A stretch of DNA of 64,000 bases from Candidatus Cloacimonadales bacterium (GTDB taxonomy: Bacteria > Cloacimonadota > Cloacimonadia > Cloacimonadales > JAFGVF01): contig CAXXJV010000001.1 of NCBI GenBank assembly GCA_963663475.2, positions 480,001 to 544,000 on the forward strand, in the 5' to 3' direction. Each line of letters begins with the position of its first letter. Position 1 is the first letter of the stretch. This document shows positions 18,382 to 29,383 of this stretch, one piece after another. The position numbers and the translations under genes were made by a program. The notes below the pieces were generated by a model. The model had not been told where the DNA came from and did not search any database. It saw nothing but the letters and a program-made list of their open reading frames with translations.

Positions 18382-21300
18382 ATGAAAAAGTTTTTACTAA
18401 TTTTTAGTCTTTTATTCTTGTCGATTATACTTTTTTCAGAAACCGTAATCGATTATCCTGATGTCTATGGTAACTGGAATGTACAAGGTTCACCTTATAT
18501 CGTGACTACCAACATTGAAATACCTCAAGGACAAACATTAACCATTGATTCAGGTGTTGTAGTTTCAATGAGTGAAAACACTAGAATCACAGCTTATGGT
18601 GTTCTCAGTGTTAACGGTATTGAAGAAAACCTAGTACATATTCAAGGTGCTACAGAAACCACTCAATGGTTAGGTATTGAAGTAAATTCTGAAAATGGTA
18701 ATTTCAATCATACTAATATTATAGGTGCTTGCAAAGGATTAGCCCTTTATAAAACTAACAGTGTTGAATATTGTAATATTATTGGCTATGATAGTCCTGA
18801 CTTCCAAGAAGGCCTTTATGTTGCTAATGATAACCAATCAACTATTAGTAATGTTGAAATCTATGGCTATTTAACTGGTGTTACTATCAAAGCTGATGAC
18901 GACGATGATGACGAACCTCATGGTCCTACTACACCTACAATGGATATTATTAGAATTTATTATTCACCAGATAGCTGGAAAAATGATAGAACCGAAACTA
19001 CAAAAGGTATCTACATGGATGATGATGTAGAACCTACTCTTACTAATATTGAAATTGAAAACTATGATGAAGGTATCACTATCAAAGCTGATAACGACGA
19101 TGATGATGAACCTCATGGCCCTACTACTCCTACTATGGATATTATTAGAATTTATTATTCACCAGATAGCTGGAAAAATGATAGAACTGAAACTACCAAA
19201 GGTATCTATGTTGAAGGTAATGTTAATCCTTCTATGACTGATGTAGAAATTGAAAACTATGATGAAGGTATCACTATCAAAGCTGATAATGACGATGATG
19301 ATGAACCTCATGGTCCTACTACACCTACAATGGATATTATCAGAATTTATTACTCACCAGATAGTTGGAAAAGTAATAGACTTTGGGAAACCAAAGGTAT
19401 CTATGTTGAAGGTGATGTTAATCCTTCTATGACTGATGTAGAAATTGAAAACTATGATGAAGGTATCACTATCAAAGCTGATAATGACGATGATGATGAA
19501 CCTCATGGTCCTACTACTCCTACTATGGATATTATTAGAATTTATTATTCACCAGATAGCTGGAAAAGTAATAGAACTTGGGAAACCAAAGGTATCTATG
19601 TTGAAGGTGATGTTAATCCTTCTATGACTGATGTAGAAATTGAAAACTATGATGAAGGTATCACTATCAAAGCTGATAACGACGATGATGATGAACCTCA
19701 TGGTCCTACTACTCCTACTATGGATATTATCAGAATTTATTACTCACCAGATAGTTGGAAAAGTAATAGAACTTGGGAAACCAAAGGTATCTATGTTGAA
19801 GGTGATGTTAATCCTTCTATGACTGATGAGAAATTGAAAACTATGATGAAGGTATCACTATCAAAGCTGATAATGACGATGATGATGAACCTCATGGTCC
19901 TACTACTCCTACTATGGATATTATTAGAATTTATTATTCACCAGATAGCTGGAAAAGTAATAGAACTTGGGAAACCAAAGGTATCTATGTTGAAGGTGAT
20001 GTTAATCCTTCTATGACTGATGTAGAAATTGAAAACTATGATGAAGGTATCACTATCAAAGCTGATAATGACGATGATGATGAACCTCATGGTCCTACTA
20101 CTCCTACTATGGATATTATCAGAATTTATTACTCACCAGATAGCTGGAAAGAAGATAGGTTATGGAATACTACTGGTATATCTATAGAAGGAAGTGTTAA
20201 CTTAGTATGTTCAAATGCAGAAATTTCTAACTATGATAATGGTATAAACTTCAAATCTTCAGGTAGTCAAAACCTATCTAATATCCTCATACCTAATAGC
20301 CTTCCAAGCTGGAATAACTATGGAGTAAGATTTAAAGGTCAAAATGATGTTAATATCGAAAATATTAATATTCAAAATTATGATAATGCTATTTTTAGTA
20401 CATCAGCTACTGAAGAAGCAAATGTTAATATCATAAATGCTGTTATCAGTAATTATGATTCTGAAAGATCAAATACCAAGGCCATCTACTTCAAGGGTCC
20501 TGTTAATCTCTATGTAGATAACAGTCATATAACAGACTATGATCAATCAATTTATCTAAAAAATAATTATAATACTATTGTACAAGCTAAAATTGAACAC
20601 ACTGAAATTTACCAAACAGATGCTAGAAGAGGAAACTATAAAGGTATCTATATTCAAGGAAAAGCAAACGCCATAATAGCGAATAATGTTCTTAAGTCTT
20701 GTGATCCAGCTATTAAGGTAAATGGTTCAAATGCTCAAGCAGAAATTAATAGAAACTTAGTATTCATTACTTATGAAAAGAATAATTCTAAAGCTATTGA
20801 TGTAAATAACATTGATAATAATGTTATGAAGCATAACACAGTATTTAACTACGATAAAGGCCTTATTAGTAATTTTACACCTTCTGAACTAGTTAATAAT
20901 ATTATTTGGAATGATAATCCTGGAAACAATATCGTTCCTAACTATAATTATGTTGAAGCAAGATATAACAATATCTCTCTTCCAAATGGAAATATCTACC
21001 CTGGTATTGCTAACATAAATGAGCTTCCTGACTTTGTTGGAACTAGTGACGATAATCTTACTAAAGAAGATTTTGCAGAGAAATTCGTTGAATTCCAACT
21101 TAATCCAACCTCTCCTTGTATTGATGCAGGAGACCCAAGTGAAGAAGCTGATAGCGATGGAACTATACCTGACCAAGGTGTCTTTGAATATGTTGGTAAT
21201 AAGGACTTTACACAGGTAATGGAGCAAAATGTAAGCTTACATAATTATCCTAACCCATTTAACCCAACTACAAATATTCTGTTCAATGTTGCCCAAGAAG

Positions 21301-21500
21301 GTAATGTTGATATCAAAGTATATAATATTAAAGGACAGGTTGTTAAGTCCTTACTAAACGAAAATAGAACTATTGGAAGTCACAGAATTGTCTGGAATGG
21401 AGATAATAATAGTGGTTCAAAAGTGGCTTCAGGTATCTATTTCATTAGAATGAAACAAGCTAACAATAGCTTTACCAGAAAAATTCTATTGACTAAATAA
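18382..21500 (+). CDS. Secreted beta-helix-like repeat protein with FlgD/T9SS-like CTD (1039 aa if joined), split by a 1-nt deletion at 19828/19829
   Basis: Signal peptide; GNWNVQGSPYIV; seven 65-aa repeats; SPCIDAG; NYPNPFNP...IYNIKGQ...ASGIYF. ORF-track entries 18340..20016 and 19914..21500 are the two halves. Confidence 0.85.
18856..20150 (+). repeat. 195-bp (65-aa) tandem coding repeat, 7 copies
   Basis: GAACCTCATGG recurs at about 18913, 19108, 19303, 19498, 19693, 19887 and 20082 (one spacing of 194). Confidence 0.95.
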
Positions 21501-21532
21501 TCTTCTCTCCATAATAAAGCATATATGTAAAA

Positions 21533-23643
21533 ATCGAGTAGGGTGGTGCGTTAGCACCATCCCTCTCACAGAACCGTGCGTACGGGTCTCGTACACGGCT
21601 CCTGATAAACCTTGTAATTATTCATAATAATTAAATAAAACACCTGTGGGTTTCGATAGTAAGTCATATAATCCTAATTGCTCAAACCACTCATTAGGTA
21701 GAGCTCTGTGAATATGGTAACAACCAGAATTCTTCCAGTGAGTCATAGATATTTTCGGAAAATCACTTTTATGACCTACTCTTCTAAGTTGTTGGTGTAA
21801 AGCTTTCCAACTTTTCCATTCCCGCATTTTCTTCATTCTTAGCCGTCGCCTTATCCATGATAATAAAGACTGAAAGACTCCTTTGCAATTTGCTACTCTA
21901 AAGTAATTCGACCAACCTCTCAATATCGGATTGAGTCTTTTAATCATAGTCTCAACATTAATTCCGCTATTTCGTGGAGTCAGTGTCCGAATTTTATCTT
22001 TGAACGCTTTTACCCTCTTATCTTCTATTTTGACATACTCCTCATGTATCTCAAAACCAAGATATTTTACTCCATTTAATACACTTGCAATATGTGTCTT
22101 TTCTTCATTCACGATGAGATAAATAGAGTTTAGGTATTCAACCGCAATTCGTTGATATTGTTCTGCTTTCTTCTTAGTCTTGGCAAAAAGTAATATATCA
22201 TCAGCATAACGGACTATCTCAATTCCTAGACTCTTCATTTCTTGGTCAAAGCTATCAAGATATATGTTCATAAGAAGTGGAGAGATTACCCCTCCTTGTG
22301 GACTCCCTATTTCTGTTTCACTATACTTACCTTCTTGCATAACTCCAGATTTTAAGATTCCCTCTATCAGCTTTAATAATGTCCCGTCACTAATTTTCCT
22401 GTTTAATGATTGCATTATGAATTTATGATTTAATGTATCAAAACATTTGGATAAATCCATATCTACTGCATAAGGAAGTTCATCACGTACCATTAATACT
22501 TGTGCTCTAGCCACTGCCTTTTGACAACTTTTGTTAGGTCGGTAGCCATAACTTTGCGGATGAAAATCAGGTTCAAAAATCGGTTGGATGATGTTATTTA
22601 TTGCCTGCTGTACGATTCTATCTTTTACAGTAGGTATCCCTAATGGTCTCATCTTACCATTTGCTTTAGGTATCTCTACCCGTTTTACAGGTGATGGGAT
22701 ATAATTCCCACTTTTCAATTCTAAATGAATATTCTCTAAGTTCTCTTGAAGGTCTTCCCCAAATTTTGATATAGTAATATTATCTATACCAGCTACACCT
22801 CTGTTTTTCTTTACTTTTTGAAAAGATTCATAGAGATTACCTTTCGAGTAAACTTTATCAATTAAACTATACCATTTCTTCATTTAGTTTCTCCTTTTTC
22901 ACAATAAACAAAATTAAGTTTATACTTTCAAATGACAGTTTATTCAATGAAGACCTTTGACGTTTTTAGCTCTATGCAATCTTTATCAAAGATTTTTCAG
23001 GTTTTGACTATTATCCTTTATTAACTTCATCTACTCAGTCTCGTAAGGTCGTGATAGAAAGAAGGTACTCACCACCGTCTATCCGAGCCTTGAATCTAGC
23101 GATTCTCTTCGTTTCCTACTTTTAAGAAAATACTCTTTCAACATGTTCATTCTTTGGTTTATCTTCATCCCTTCGCATGAATTATGACCTTTTGAGTCAT
23201 ATTCCTCAATATTACTATGAATATTGTCCCTTTTGTTTTATCCTCCAGTCTGTCACCAGCCTTCATTGGCAAAAGGTTTATCACTACTACGGAATCATCT
23301 GCCACCTGCTAAAGCTTGATACAACTCTTGCCTTTCAGCTTGAAGTCATAGTTACTCTTTTAGAGACTTTAACAGGCTTCCCCAGTTAAGCTATCCTACC
23401 TGAATGCAAATCCATCTGTTATAATCCATGTAGTCGACTGACATTTGGGCGTCCTCACTTTTTGAAAAGTTACCCACTACATAAACCAAATTCAGTTCAC
23501 TTTCGCTATGTTCCACATTCTTCCTGCGTCTTACTTCAGACCCTGCCGTTGCCAGCAACGCCCTTGACCTCAGATTGACTTCCTGTCAGTTGGGTGTCAG
23601 GACTTCTTTCAGTCCATCGGCTCAGATAACATTCTGGGCAAAC
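21533..23643 (-). mobile_element. Group II intron, class IIC-like
   Basis: 5' end GTTTGCCCAGAATG 5 nt after a terminator stem; domain V GAGCCGTGTACGAGACCCGTACGCACGGTTC; domain VI ending CCCTACTCGAT; internal RT/maturase ORF. Confidence 0.88.
21618..22883 (-). CDS. ltrA: Group II intron reverse transcriptase/maturase without endonuclease domain
   Basis: RPLGIPTVKDRIVQQA; SYGYRP; DLSKCFD; GSPQGGVISPLL; RYADD; LRGWSNYF; 421 aa. Confidence 0.95.
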   Translation of the reverse strand: MKKWYSLIDKVYSKGNLYESFQKVKKNRGVAGIDNITISKFGEDLQENLENIHLELKSGNYIPSPVKRVEIPKANGKMRPLGIPTVKDRIVQQAINNIIQPIFEPDFHPQSYGYRPNKSCQKAVARAQVLMVRDELPYAVDMDLSKCFDTLNHKFIMQSLNRKISDGTLLKLIEGILKSGVMQEGKYSETEIGSPQGGVISPLLMNIYLDSFDQEMKSLGIEIVRYADDILLFAKTKKKAEQYQRIAVEYLNSIYLIVNEEKTHIASVLNGVKYLGFEIHEEYVKIEDKRVKAFKDKIRTLTPRNSGINVETMIKRLNPILRGWSNYFRVANCKGVFQSLLSWIRRRLRMKKMREWKSWKALHQQLRRVGHKSDFPKISMTHWKNSGCYHIHRALPNEWFEQLGLYDLLSKPTGVLFNYYE

Positions 23644-23675
23644 AAAAAGCAACCCTCTTTTGAGGGTTGTCTTTT
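23644..23675. terminator. Bidirectional intrinsic terminator, the intron target site
   Basis: AAAAA-GCAACCCTC-TTTT-GAGGGTTGT-CTTTT. Confidence 0.85.
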
Positions 23676-23702
23676 AAATCTATCTGTCTAGTAATTCAAA
23701 GT

Positions 23703-23890
23703 TTAAACCTGAATAGTGCATTTGAACTTTGATAATACTTCGCTAAAGCTAGGTATCACAGGTGAAGAGTGCTAGATTCTTTTAGCAAAATAAGTTACAG
23801 ACTTTGAAGGCATATAATATATATATTCCTGAAAATTATGTAGCTTACTCTTGCAAAAGAAGATTCTGCTATTCGCAGAGATCTACTGCA
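23703..23890 (+). mobile_element. Fold-back MITE-like element, long variant
   Basis: Shared core plus the extra segment AATACTTCGCTAAAGCTAGGTATCACAG also present in the copies at 27728 and 27979. Confidence 0.75.
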
Positions 23891-23922
23891 GAGTTTAGAA
23901 GAAATATAAAATGGGGAGATGA

Positions 23923-26900
23923 ATGAAGTTTAAGAGTTTTGTACCAGATTTTGTTTTAAATGAATTTAGTAGATGCAAGTATCATAAAGAACTATTTGCT
24001 CATGTCGTAATAATCGATATCTCAGGTTTTACCGAGTTAACCCAACTCCTAATGGATAAAGGGTCTGCTGGTGCTGAAGAGCTTGCTAAGATTATTAGAA
24101 AACTCTTCCAACCATTAATCGAAATTATTGAAGAAAATCATGGTTTTATTTCCTCTTTTGCTGGAGATTCTTTTATAGCTATCTTCCCTGACACTGAAAT
24201 AGCCCATATAGATTTTACAGGACTAACCAATCGCGTTATTTCTTCTGTTGATATCTTTAATTCAGAAAACAACTTTGCTCTCTCTTTCTTATTGGGTATA
24301 AAAGTGGGAGTTGGTTTTGGAGAGATTAGCTTAAATATCTTTAATTCTGACCATTATTCTACTTACCTATTTTCAGGGCAAGGAGTTGATTCTGCTATAG
24401 CTGCAATTAAACGTGCCAGCAGAGGTCAAGTGATATTCTCTTTTCCAGTAAGTGATAAAGGCCATAAAACAGACCAAAAGGTTATTGAATATAAAGATGA
24501 AATCTATGATAACTATAATAAATTTTTGCCTCCTTTATTGAGAAATCATGATAAGATAGGAGAATTTAGAAAGGTTGTAAGTTGCTTCATAGCAATTGAA
24601 AATACAGCAAACTCTGAAAAAATAATTACTAAAGTAATGAACTTATCCCTTCGTTATGGAGGCTATTTCAATAAGGTAGATTATTCTGATAAGGGACTAG
24701 TCATGTTAGTAATTTTTGGTGCTCCCAAGACTTATTATGATTCACCTATTAGGGCTTGTAGCTTTGCTTTAGAGGTGAAAAACTATCAAGCAGATATCTC
24801 CCATATAGGTATCACTTATGGAGAAGCTTTTGCAGGTTTTGTTGGTTCTTTCAGTCGCGGAGAATATACAGTATTAGGTATGTCTGTTAATCTATCAGCT
24901 CAAATGGCTATTCAAGCTAATCCTAATGAGATTCTTGTAGATAAATATATCTTTAACAAGGCAAGAAAAAACTTCAAGATTATTATGAAGGGTTATCGTA
25001 ACTATAAAGGTTTCCAGGCTAAAATACCTACATATGTTTTAAATAATCCCAAATATATTAGTGAGTTTCTGGCCTTCAATAACAAGTTTATTGGTAGGGA
25101 GAAGCAACTATTAATAATTAGCAAGAAAATCAGCTTATCTACCAATGATGTTGTCTCTAAACTATTAAATATCTATGGTCATGAAGGGGTTGGTAAGACC
25201 CGTCTTATTGCAGAATCTGTTAACCTATTAGGTAAATCTGAATACAGCTGGGCCTATATGGAATGTGATACTGTCCTAAGGCAAAACTTTAACCCTCTTA
25301 TTTCCTTCTTTAAATTCTTCTTTAAACTTAATGATTCTGACGAATATCACGTTAATCATGAAAGAATAGTAAGGGTAATAGATGCCTTAGCTGAGAATGT
25401 TAATAACAAAACTCTTATCCACGAGTTAAATAGTGGAATTAGCTTGCTAGAGACTTTTATAGGCTTGAAAGAATTCAATGCAGATAATGTAGCAAGTGAA
25501 ATTATAAAGAGTAGGTATGAGAATACTCTTTATGCTATTTCCAATATTTTCCGTTTAATGTCATTAAACCTACCTACTGTCATTATTATTGATAATTTTG
25601 ATTTCATAGATCCTGAAAGTTATAACTTTTTTAAATATTTCTATCCTCTGATACAAGACTATCCAATAACCATAATAGTTTTAAGTAGAGAAGAACAATA
25701 TAATTTATTTCATGATTTACAAATAACAGCAGATAACCGAATATGTAAGCTAGACAATCTAGATTACAATGAATCTATACAAATGATAAAATCTTTCTTG
25801 CAAGACGATCTAGAAGACCAGCTTGTCATTACTGATAAATTCCTGAATAAAATTATAGATCAAGCAAAAGGTAACCCTTTCTATATTGAACAAATTATCA
25901 GCTATATTAAACGAGAAAAGCTACTCAAAGATGACAGGTATATGAATGAAGACACCTTCTCAATACCAGATAATATAGAGGCAATGATTATTGAAAGAGT
26001 TGATAAGCTGGATGATATTCTTAAAAAAGTTGTTAAAGTAGCAACAGTTTTAGGAAACAAGTTTGACAAAAGAATCCTGCAAGAAATGATGGGCGGTAAT
26101 GATATATCTCGTTTTCTTGCAGAAGGTGAAATAGAGAATCTCTGGTATCCTGTCTTAGAATTCAACTATGTCTTTAGAAATACTATTTACAGAGAATGTA
26201 TCTATAGACTCCACCTTGCAAGTCAGTCTATAAATATACACAGAAAAGCCTTGATTTCTATGGAAAAGATATATAAGGATAATCTTAATAATCATTATGA
26301 AGAGTTGATTTATAACTCGATTAATGGCCAGCTAATCGAAAAGGCAGTTTCATACCTTCAATTAGCAATTGATGATTCAATAAAATATCATAAATACGGA
26401 GCTACACTTGAATACTGTGCTAAGCTTATAAAATATATGAAAGAAAATAATATCATAGATGAGGAAATTATGATTGATACAAGATTAAAAGTTGTTGAGG
26501 TCAATCTAGAGGAAAGTAGGATAGATATTTCCAATCGAGATATTGAAGAACTAGAAAAAATCATAGAATCAAATACTGACCACTGGCTAAAGCTAAATTA
26601 TTTAAAAGCCAAATCATTATTTATCCAAGAAAAGTTTAATGAGTTAGTTGATCTTACTGAAAAGATAATGCATCTTTATGAAAGATCTGAGTATAAGATT
26701 CATTTGACTATTTATTACTTAGATTCTCTACGTTATCTAAATAGAGGAGAGGAGTTTGAAAAAACTTCTATCGAACTATTAGATAAATATTTAGATGCAG
26801 ATAACGATCTCTATATTAGTAGAATAGCCAATCTCCTTGGTGTCTATTATATGGAAAAATCTAAGTACTATGATGCTCTTCACTATTTTAAACTAAATAT

Positions 26901-27705
26901 GAACTTAATTGAAAGTATTAACAACTCAAATCTTCTAGGGTCAGGTGCCCATAATATCGGAGTTATGACCTACCACCTAGGAGATAAATTCCAAGCTAAA
27001 AGTTACTATCTTAAAGCTCTTAAATACTCTGATGAAACTGGTAACAGAATCACTAAATGCAGGATTATGTCTGACTTAGCTATGTTAGAATATAATGAGA
27101 AAAATGTTAGTGAAGCTCTTTCTCTTTTGTTAGAAGCTCTTGAGATAGCTAGACTTAGTCACAATATTAACCAAGTTTCTAGAATATTATATAATCTAGC
27201 CTTGATATATATATCAGACAATGAGTATGAGCAAGCCTTAAGTTATGCTACAGAATGTAGAGAAATAGGTATCTCTGTTGGCAATCTGAGAACTCAAAGT
27301 TTTGTTAATAATATCATAGCCCAAATTTATATAAAAATTGGTAAATATCAGCAAGCTAATCAAATTATTACAGAAAATATTCAACATCAAAATAAGATTG
27401 AAGATTTAGAAGGTGTAGCTAATTCCTATGGTTTACTAGGAGTTTCCAATAAGGAACAGGAAAACTATCTTGCAGCTGCTGAAAACTTCCAGGAAGCCTT
27501 TAAAATTCTCAATAAACTTGGTAGCAAACAGAGTGAAGGTATTGCCTTGTTTAACTGGGCTACCTGCGATATTGAACTTGAAAACATCTCAGAAGCAAAA
27601 AAGAAACTCAATGAAGCGCTAGCTGTTTTTGCTAAATGTAATTACGAAAATGGCATCTTGATGGTGAATGAAGTCCTTTCTTCTCTAGAGAAAAAAAATA
27701 AGTAA
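23923..27705 (+). CDS. Soluble-adenylyl-cyclase-like STAND protein: two class III cyclase domains, P-loop NTPase and TPR repeats
   Basis: IIDISGFT; FAGD; DKG-x5-IFGAP; EYTVLG-x2-VN; GHEGVGKTRL; AKGNPFYIEQ; C-terminal TPR-like helices. Confidence 0.88.
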   Translation: MKFKSFVPDFVLNEFSRCKYHKELFAHVVIIDISGFTELTQLLMDKGSAGAEELAKIIRKLFQPLIEIIEENHGFISSFAGDSFIAIFPDTEIAHIDFTGLTNRVISSVDIFNSENNFALSFLLGIKVGVGFGEISLNIFNSDHYSTYLFSGQGVDSAIAAIKRASRGQVIFSFPVSDKGHKTDQKVIEYKDEIYDNYNKFLPPLLRNHDKIGEFRKVVSCFIAIENTANSEKIITKVMNLSLRYGGYFNKVDYSDKGLVMLVIFGAPKTYYDSPIRACSFALEVKNYQADISHIGITYGEAFAGFVGSFSRGEYTVLGMSVNLSAQMAIQANPNEILVDKYIFNKARKNFKIIMKGYRNYKGFQAKIPTYVLNNPKYISEFLAFNNKFIGREKQLLIISKKISLSTNDVVSKLLNIYGHEGVGKTRLIAESVNLLGKSEYSWAYMECDTVLRQNFNPLISFFKFFFKLNDSDEYHVNHERIVRVIDALAENVNNKTLIHELNSGISLLETFIGLKEFNADNVASEIIKSRYENTLYAISNIFRLMSLNLPTVIIIDNFDFIDPESYNFFKYFYPLIQDYPITIIVLSREEQYNLFHDLQITADNRICKLDNLDYNESIQMIKSFLQDDLEDQLVITDKFLNKIIDQAKGNPFYIEQIISYIKREKLLKDDRYMNEDTFSIPDNIEAMIIERVDKLDDILKKVVKVATVLGNKFDKRILQEMMGGNDISRFLAEGEIENLWYPVLEFNYVFRNTIYRECIYRLHLASQSINIHRKALISMEKIYKDNLNNHYEELIYNSINGQLIEKAVSYLQLAIDDSIKYHKYGATLEYCAKLIKYMKENNIIDEEIMIDTRLKVVEVNLEESRIDISNRDIEELEKIIESNTDHWLKLNYLKAKSLFIQEKFNELVDLTEKIMHLYERSEYKIHLTIYYLDSLRYLNRGEEFEKTSIELLDKYLDADNDLYISRIANLLGVYYMEKSKYYDALHYFKLNMNLIESINNSNLLGSGAHNIGVMTYHLGDKFQAKSYYLKALKYSDETGNRITKCRIMSDLAMLEYNEKNVSEALSLLLEALEIARLSHNINQVSRILYNLALIYISDNEYEQALSYATECREIGISVGNLRTQSFVNNIIAQIYIKIGKYQQANQIITENIQHQNKIEDLEGVANSYGLLGVSNKEQENYLAAAENFQEAFKILNKLGSKQSEGIALFNWATCDIELENISEAKKKLNEALAVFAKCNYENGILMVNEVLSSLEKKNK

Positions 27706-27727
27706 TATAATCAAAGGGCCTTGACTT

Positions 27728-27842
27728 TATCCTAGATAGTGGAGTAGAACTTTAGTAATACTTCGCAAAGCTACGTATCACAGGTGAAGAATACAGATTC
27801 TAGCAAAATAGCTTACAGAGTTTTGAAGTATATAATATATAT
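27728..27842 (+). mobile_element. Left half of the fold-back MITE-like element
   Basis: CCTAGATAGTGGAGTAGAACTTTAGTAATACTTCGC...CTAGCAAAATAGCTTACAGAG...TATATAATATATAT. Confidence 0.7.
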
Positions 27843-27845
27843 GAC

Positions 27846-27881
27846 TCAAGTTCAAGTTTGGTGAAAAAAACTTGAACTTGA
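27846..27881. repeat. 14-bp perfect hairpin; arm sequence recurs at 35705 and 46908-46925
   Basis: TCAAGTTCAAGTTT-GGTGAAAA-AAACTTGAACTTGA. Confidence 0.75.
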
Positions 27882-27978
27882 ATCAAACAAATTAATTGAC
27901 ACTAATTTAACTTTTGATAAAGTATTCCATATCTGACATAAAAGTCAATAATCTTTAGAATATAATAAGAAAATTAGC

Positions 27979-28178
27979 TTAAACCAGATAGTGTAATAGA
28001 GCTTCAGTAATACATCGCTAAAGCTAGATATCACAGGTGAAGAGTGCAGATTATTCTAGCAAAATAGCTTACAGAATTTTGACGCATATAATTTATATAT
28101 TCGGAGAAATTATGGATCTTACTTTTGTAAAAGAATATTCTGCTATTCACAAAGATCTACTCCACTATTTGGGTTAAA
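27979..28178 (+). mobile_element. Complete fold-back MITE-like element, long variant
   Basis: TTAAACCAGATAGTGTAATAGAGCTT ... AAAGATCTACTCCACTATTTGGGTTAAA; core nearly identical to 16521-16610. Confidence 0.8.
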
Positions 28179-28208
28179 GTCAGATAAGGAATTTTTGAAA
28201 GAGGTATT

Positions 28209-29225
28209 ATGTTAGAAAGAGTTAGTAATCCTAATGAGAGTTTTGAAGACAAAGATTTTGATAGGGCTCTCAGACCAAAATCTCTAAGTGATTTTGTAGG
28301 ACAAGACCATATAAAAGAATTATTAGACATTTCCATTAAGGCTGCTAAATTAAGGAAAGAACCTTTAGATCATATCTTACTATACGGTCCTCCAGGACTG
28401 GGTAAGACGACTCTCTCAAATATTATAGCTAATGAACTAGGAGTTGAGATTCGAGTTACCTCAGGACCAGTATTAGATAAACCCTCTGACCTTGCTGGTA
28501 TCTTAACTAACCTGCAAAGAAATGATGCCCTCTTCATCGACGAAATACATAGATTAAATCATGTTGTAGAAGAATATATCTATCCTGCTATGGAAGATTT
28601 CCAAATGGAAATTATCTTAGATTCTGGTCCTTCTGCTCGTTCGCTCCAGATAGATCTAGAACCCTTTACTATGATAGGAGCTACAACTAGAGCAGGACTT
28701 TTAACCGCTCCTCTTCGGGATAGATTTGGCTTAACACTTAGATTAAATTACTATGAGCAAAGCGCTATTGAGCAAATTATAAAACGTTCTGCCTCAATAC
28801 TACAAGTACCTATTGAAGATGACGGAGTTAGTGAATTAGCTCGCAGATCTAGAGGTACTCCTCGTGTGGCAAATAGATTACTTAGACGTGTTAGAGATTA
28901 CGCCCAGATAAAAGGTGATGGAGTAATTACTCATGACATAGCTCTGAGAGCCCTCAAAATGCTAAATGTAGATGAAGAAGGTCTAGATGAAATGGATAAA
29001 AAAATTCTCCTCACTATCATTGAAAATTATAAGGGTGGTCCTGTAGGTATTAAAACTCTTGCTGTAGCAGTAGGAGAAGACCCTGGTACTATTGAAGAAA
29101 TCTTCGAGCCCTATCTTATCCAACAAGGGCTACTTGAAAGAACTATGCAGGGAAGAAAAGCCTCTTTTAAGGCTTATAAACACTTTAAAATTGATACTAA
29201 TGAAGAACAGATGAGTCTTTTTTAA
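28209..29225 (+). CDS. ruvB: Holliday junction branch migration helicase RuvB
   Basis: LRPKSL; GPPGLGKTT; LFIDEIHR; GATTRAG; RSRGTPRVANRLLRRVRD. Confidence 0.98.
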   Translation: MLERVSNPNESFEDKDFDRALRPKSLSDFVGQDHIKELLDISIKAAKLRKEPLDHILLYGPPGLGKTTLSNIIANELGVEIRVTSGPVLDKPSDLAGILTNLQRNDALFIDEIHRLNHVVEEYIYPAMEDFQMEIILDSGPSARSLQIDLEPFTMIGATTRAGLLTAPLRDRFGLTLRLNYYEQSAIEQIIKRSASILQVPIEDDGVSELARRSRGTPRVANRLLRRVRDYAQIKGDGVITHDIALRALKMLNVDEEGLDEMDKKILLTIIENYKGGPVGIKTLAVAVGEDPGTIEEIFEPYLIQQGLLERTMQGRKASFKAYKHFKIDTNEEQMSLF

Positions 29226-29383
29226 TTCAATTATTACTCGAAAATCTTAGAATTTACTAGTCACTTGAATGCTATTCAACTAGCTTATATTGTAACTTAA
29301 GCTATTATAAACTAGTCTTTACTTGACATGATTTAACCTGATTAAAATATGAGATAAATAAATATTATTATGGAAAAGAATTA

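Noticed and set aside
19049-19822. Four repeated 60-aa Met/Leu-rich ORFs
   Set aside because: Alternate-frame shadows of the 195-bp coding repeat.
18856-20150. Regular repeats as a CRISPR array or DGR template
   Set aside because: Units are 195-bp in-frame coding repeats without unique spacers; no cas genes; differences are not adenine-specific.
21618-22883. Reverse transcriptase as a retron, DGR or defence RT
   Set aside because: It has maturase motifs and is followed by group II domains V and VI.
23177-23389. 70-aa ORF
   Set aside because: Antisense to the intron ribozyme domains.
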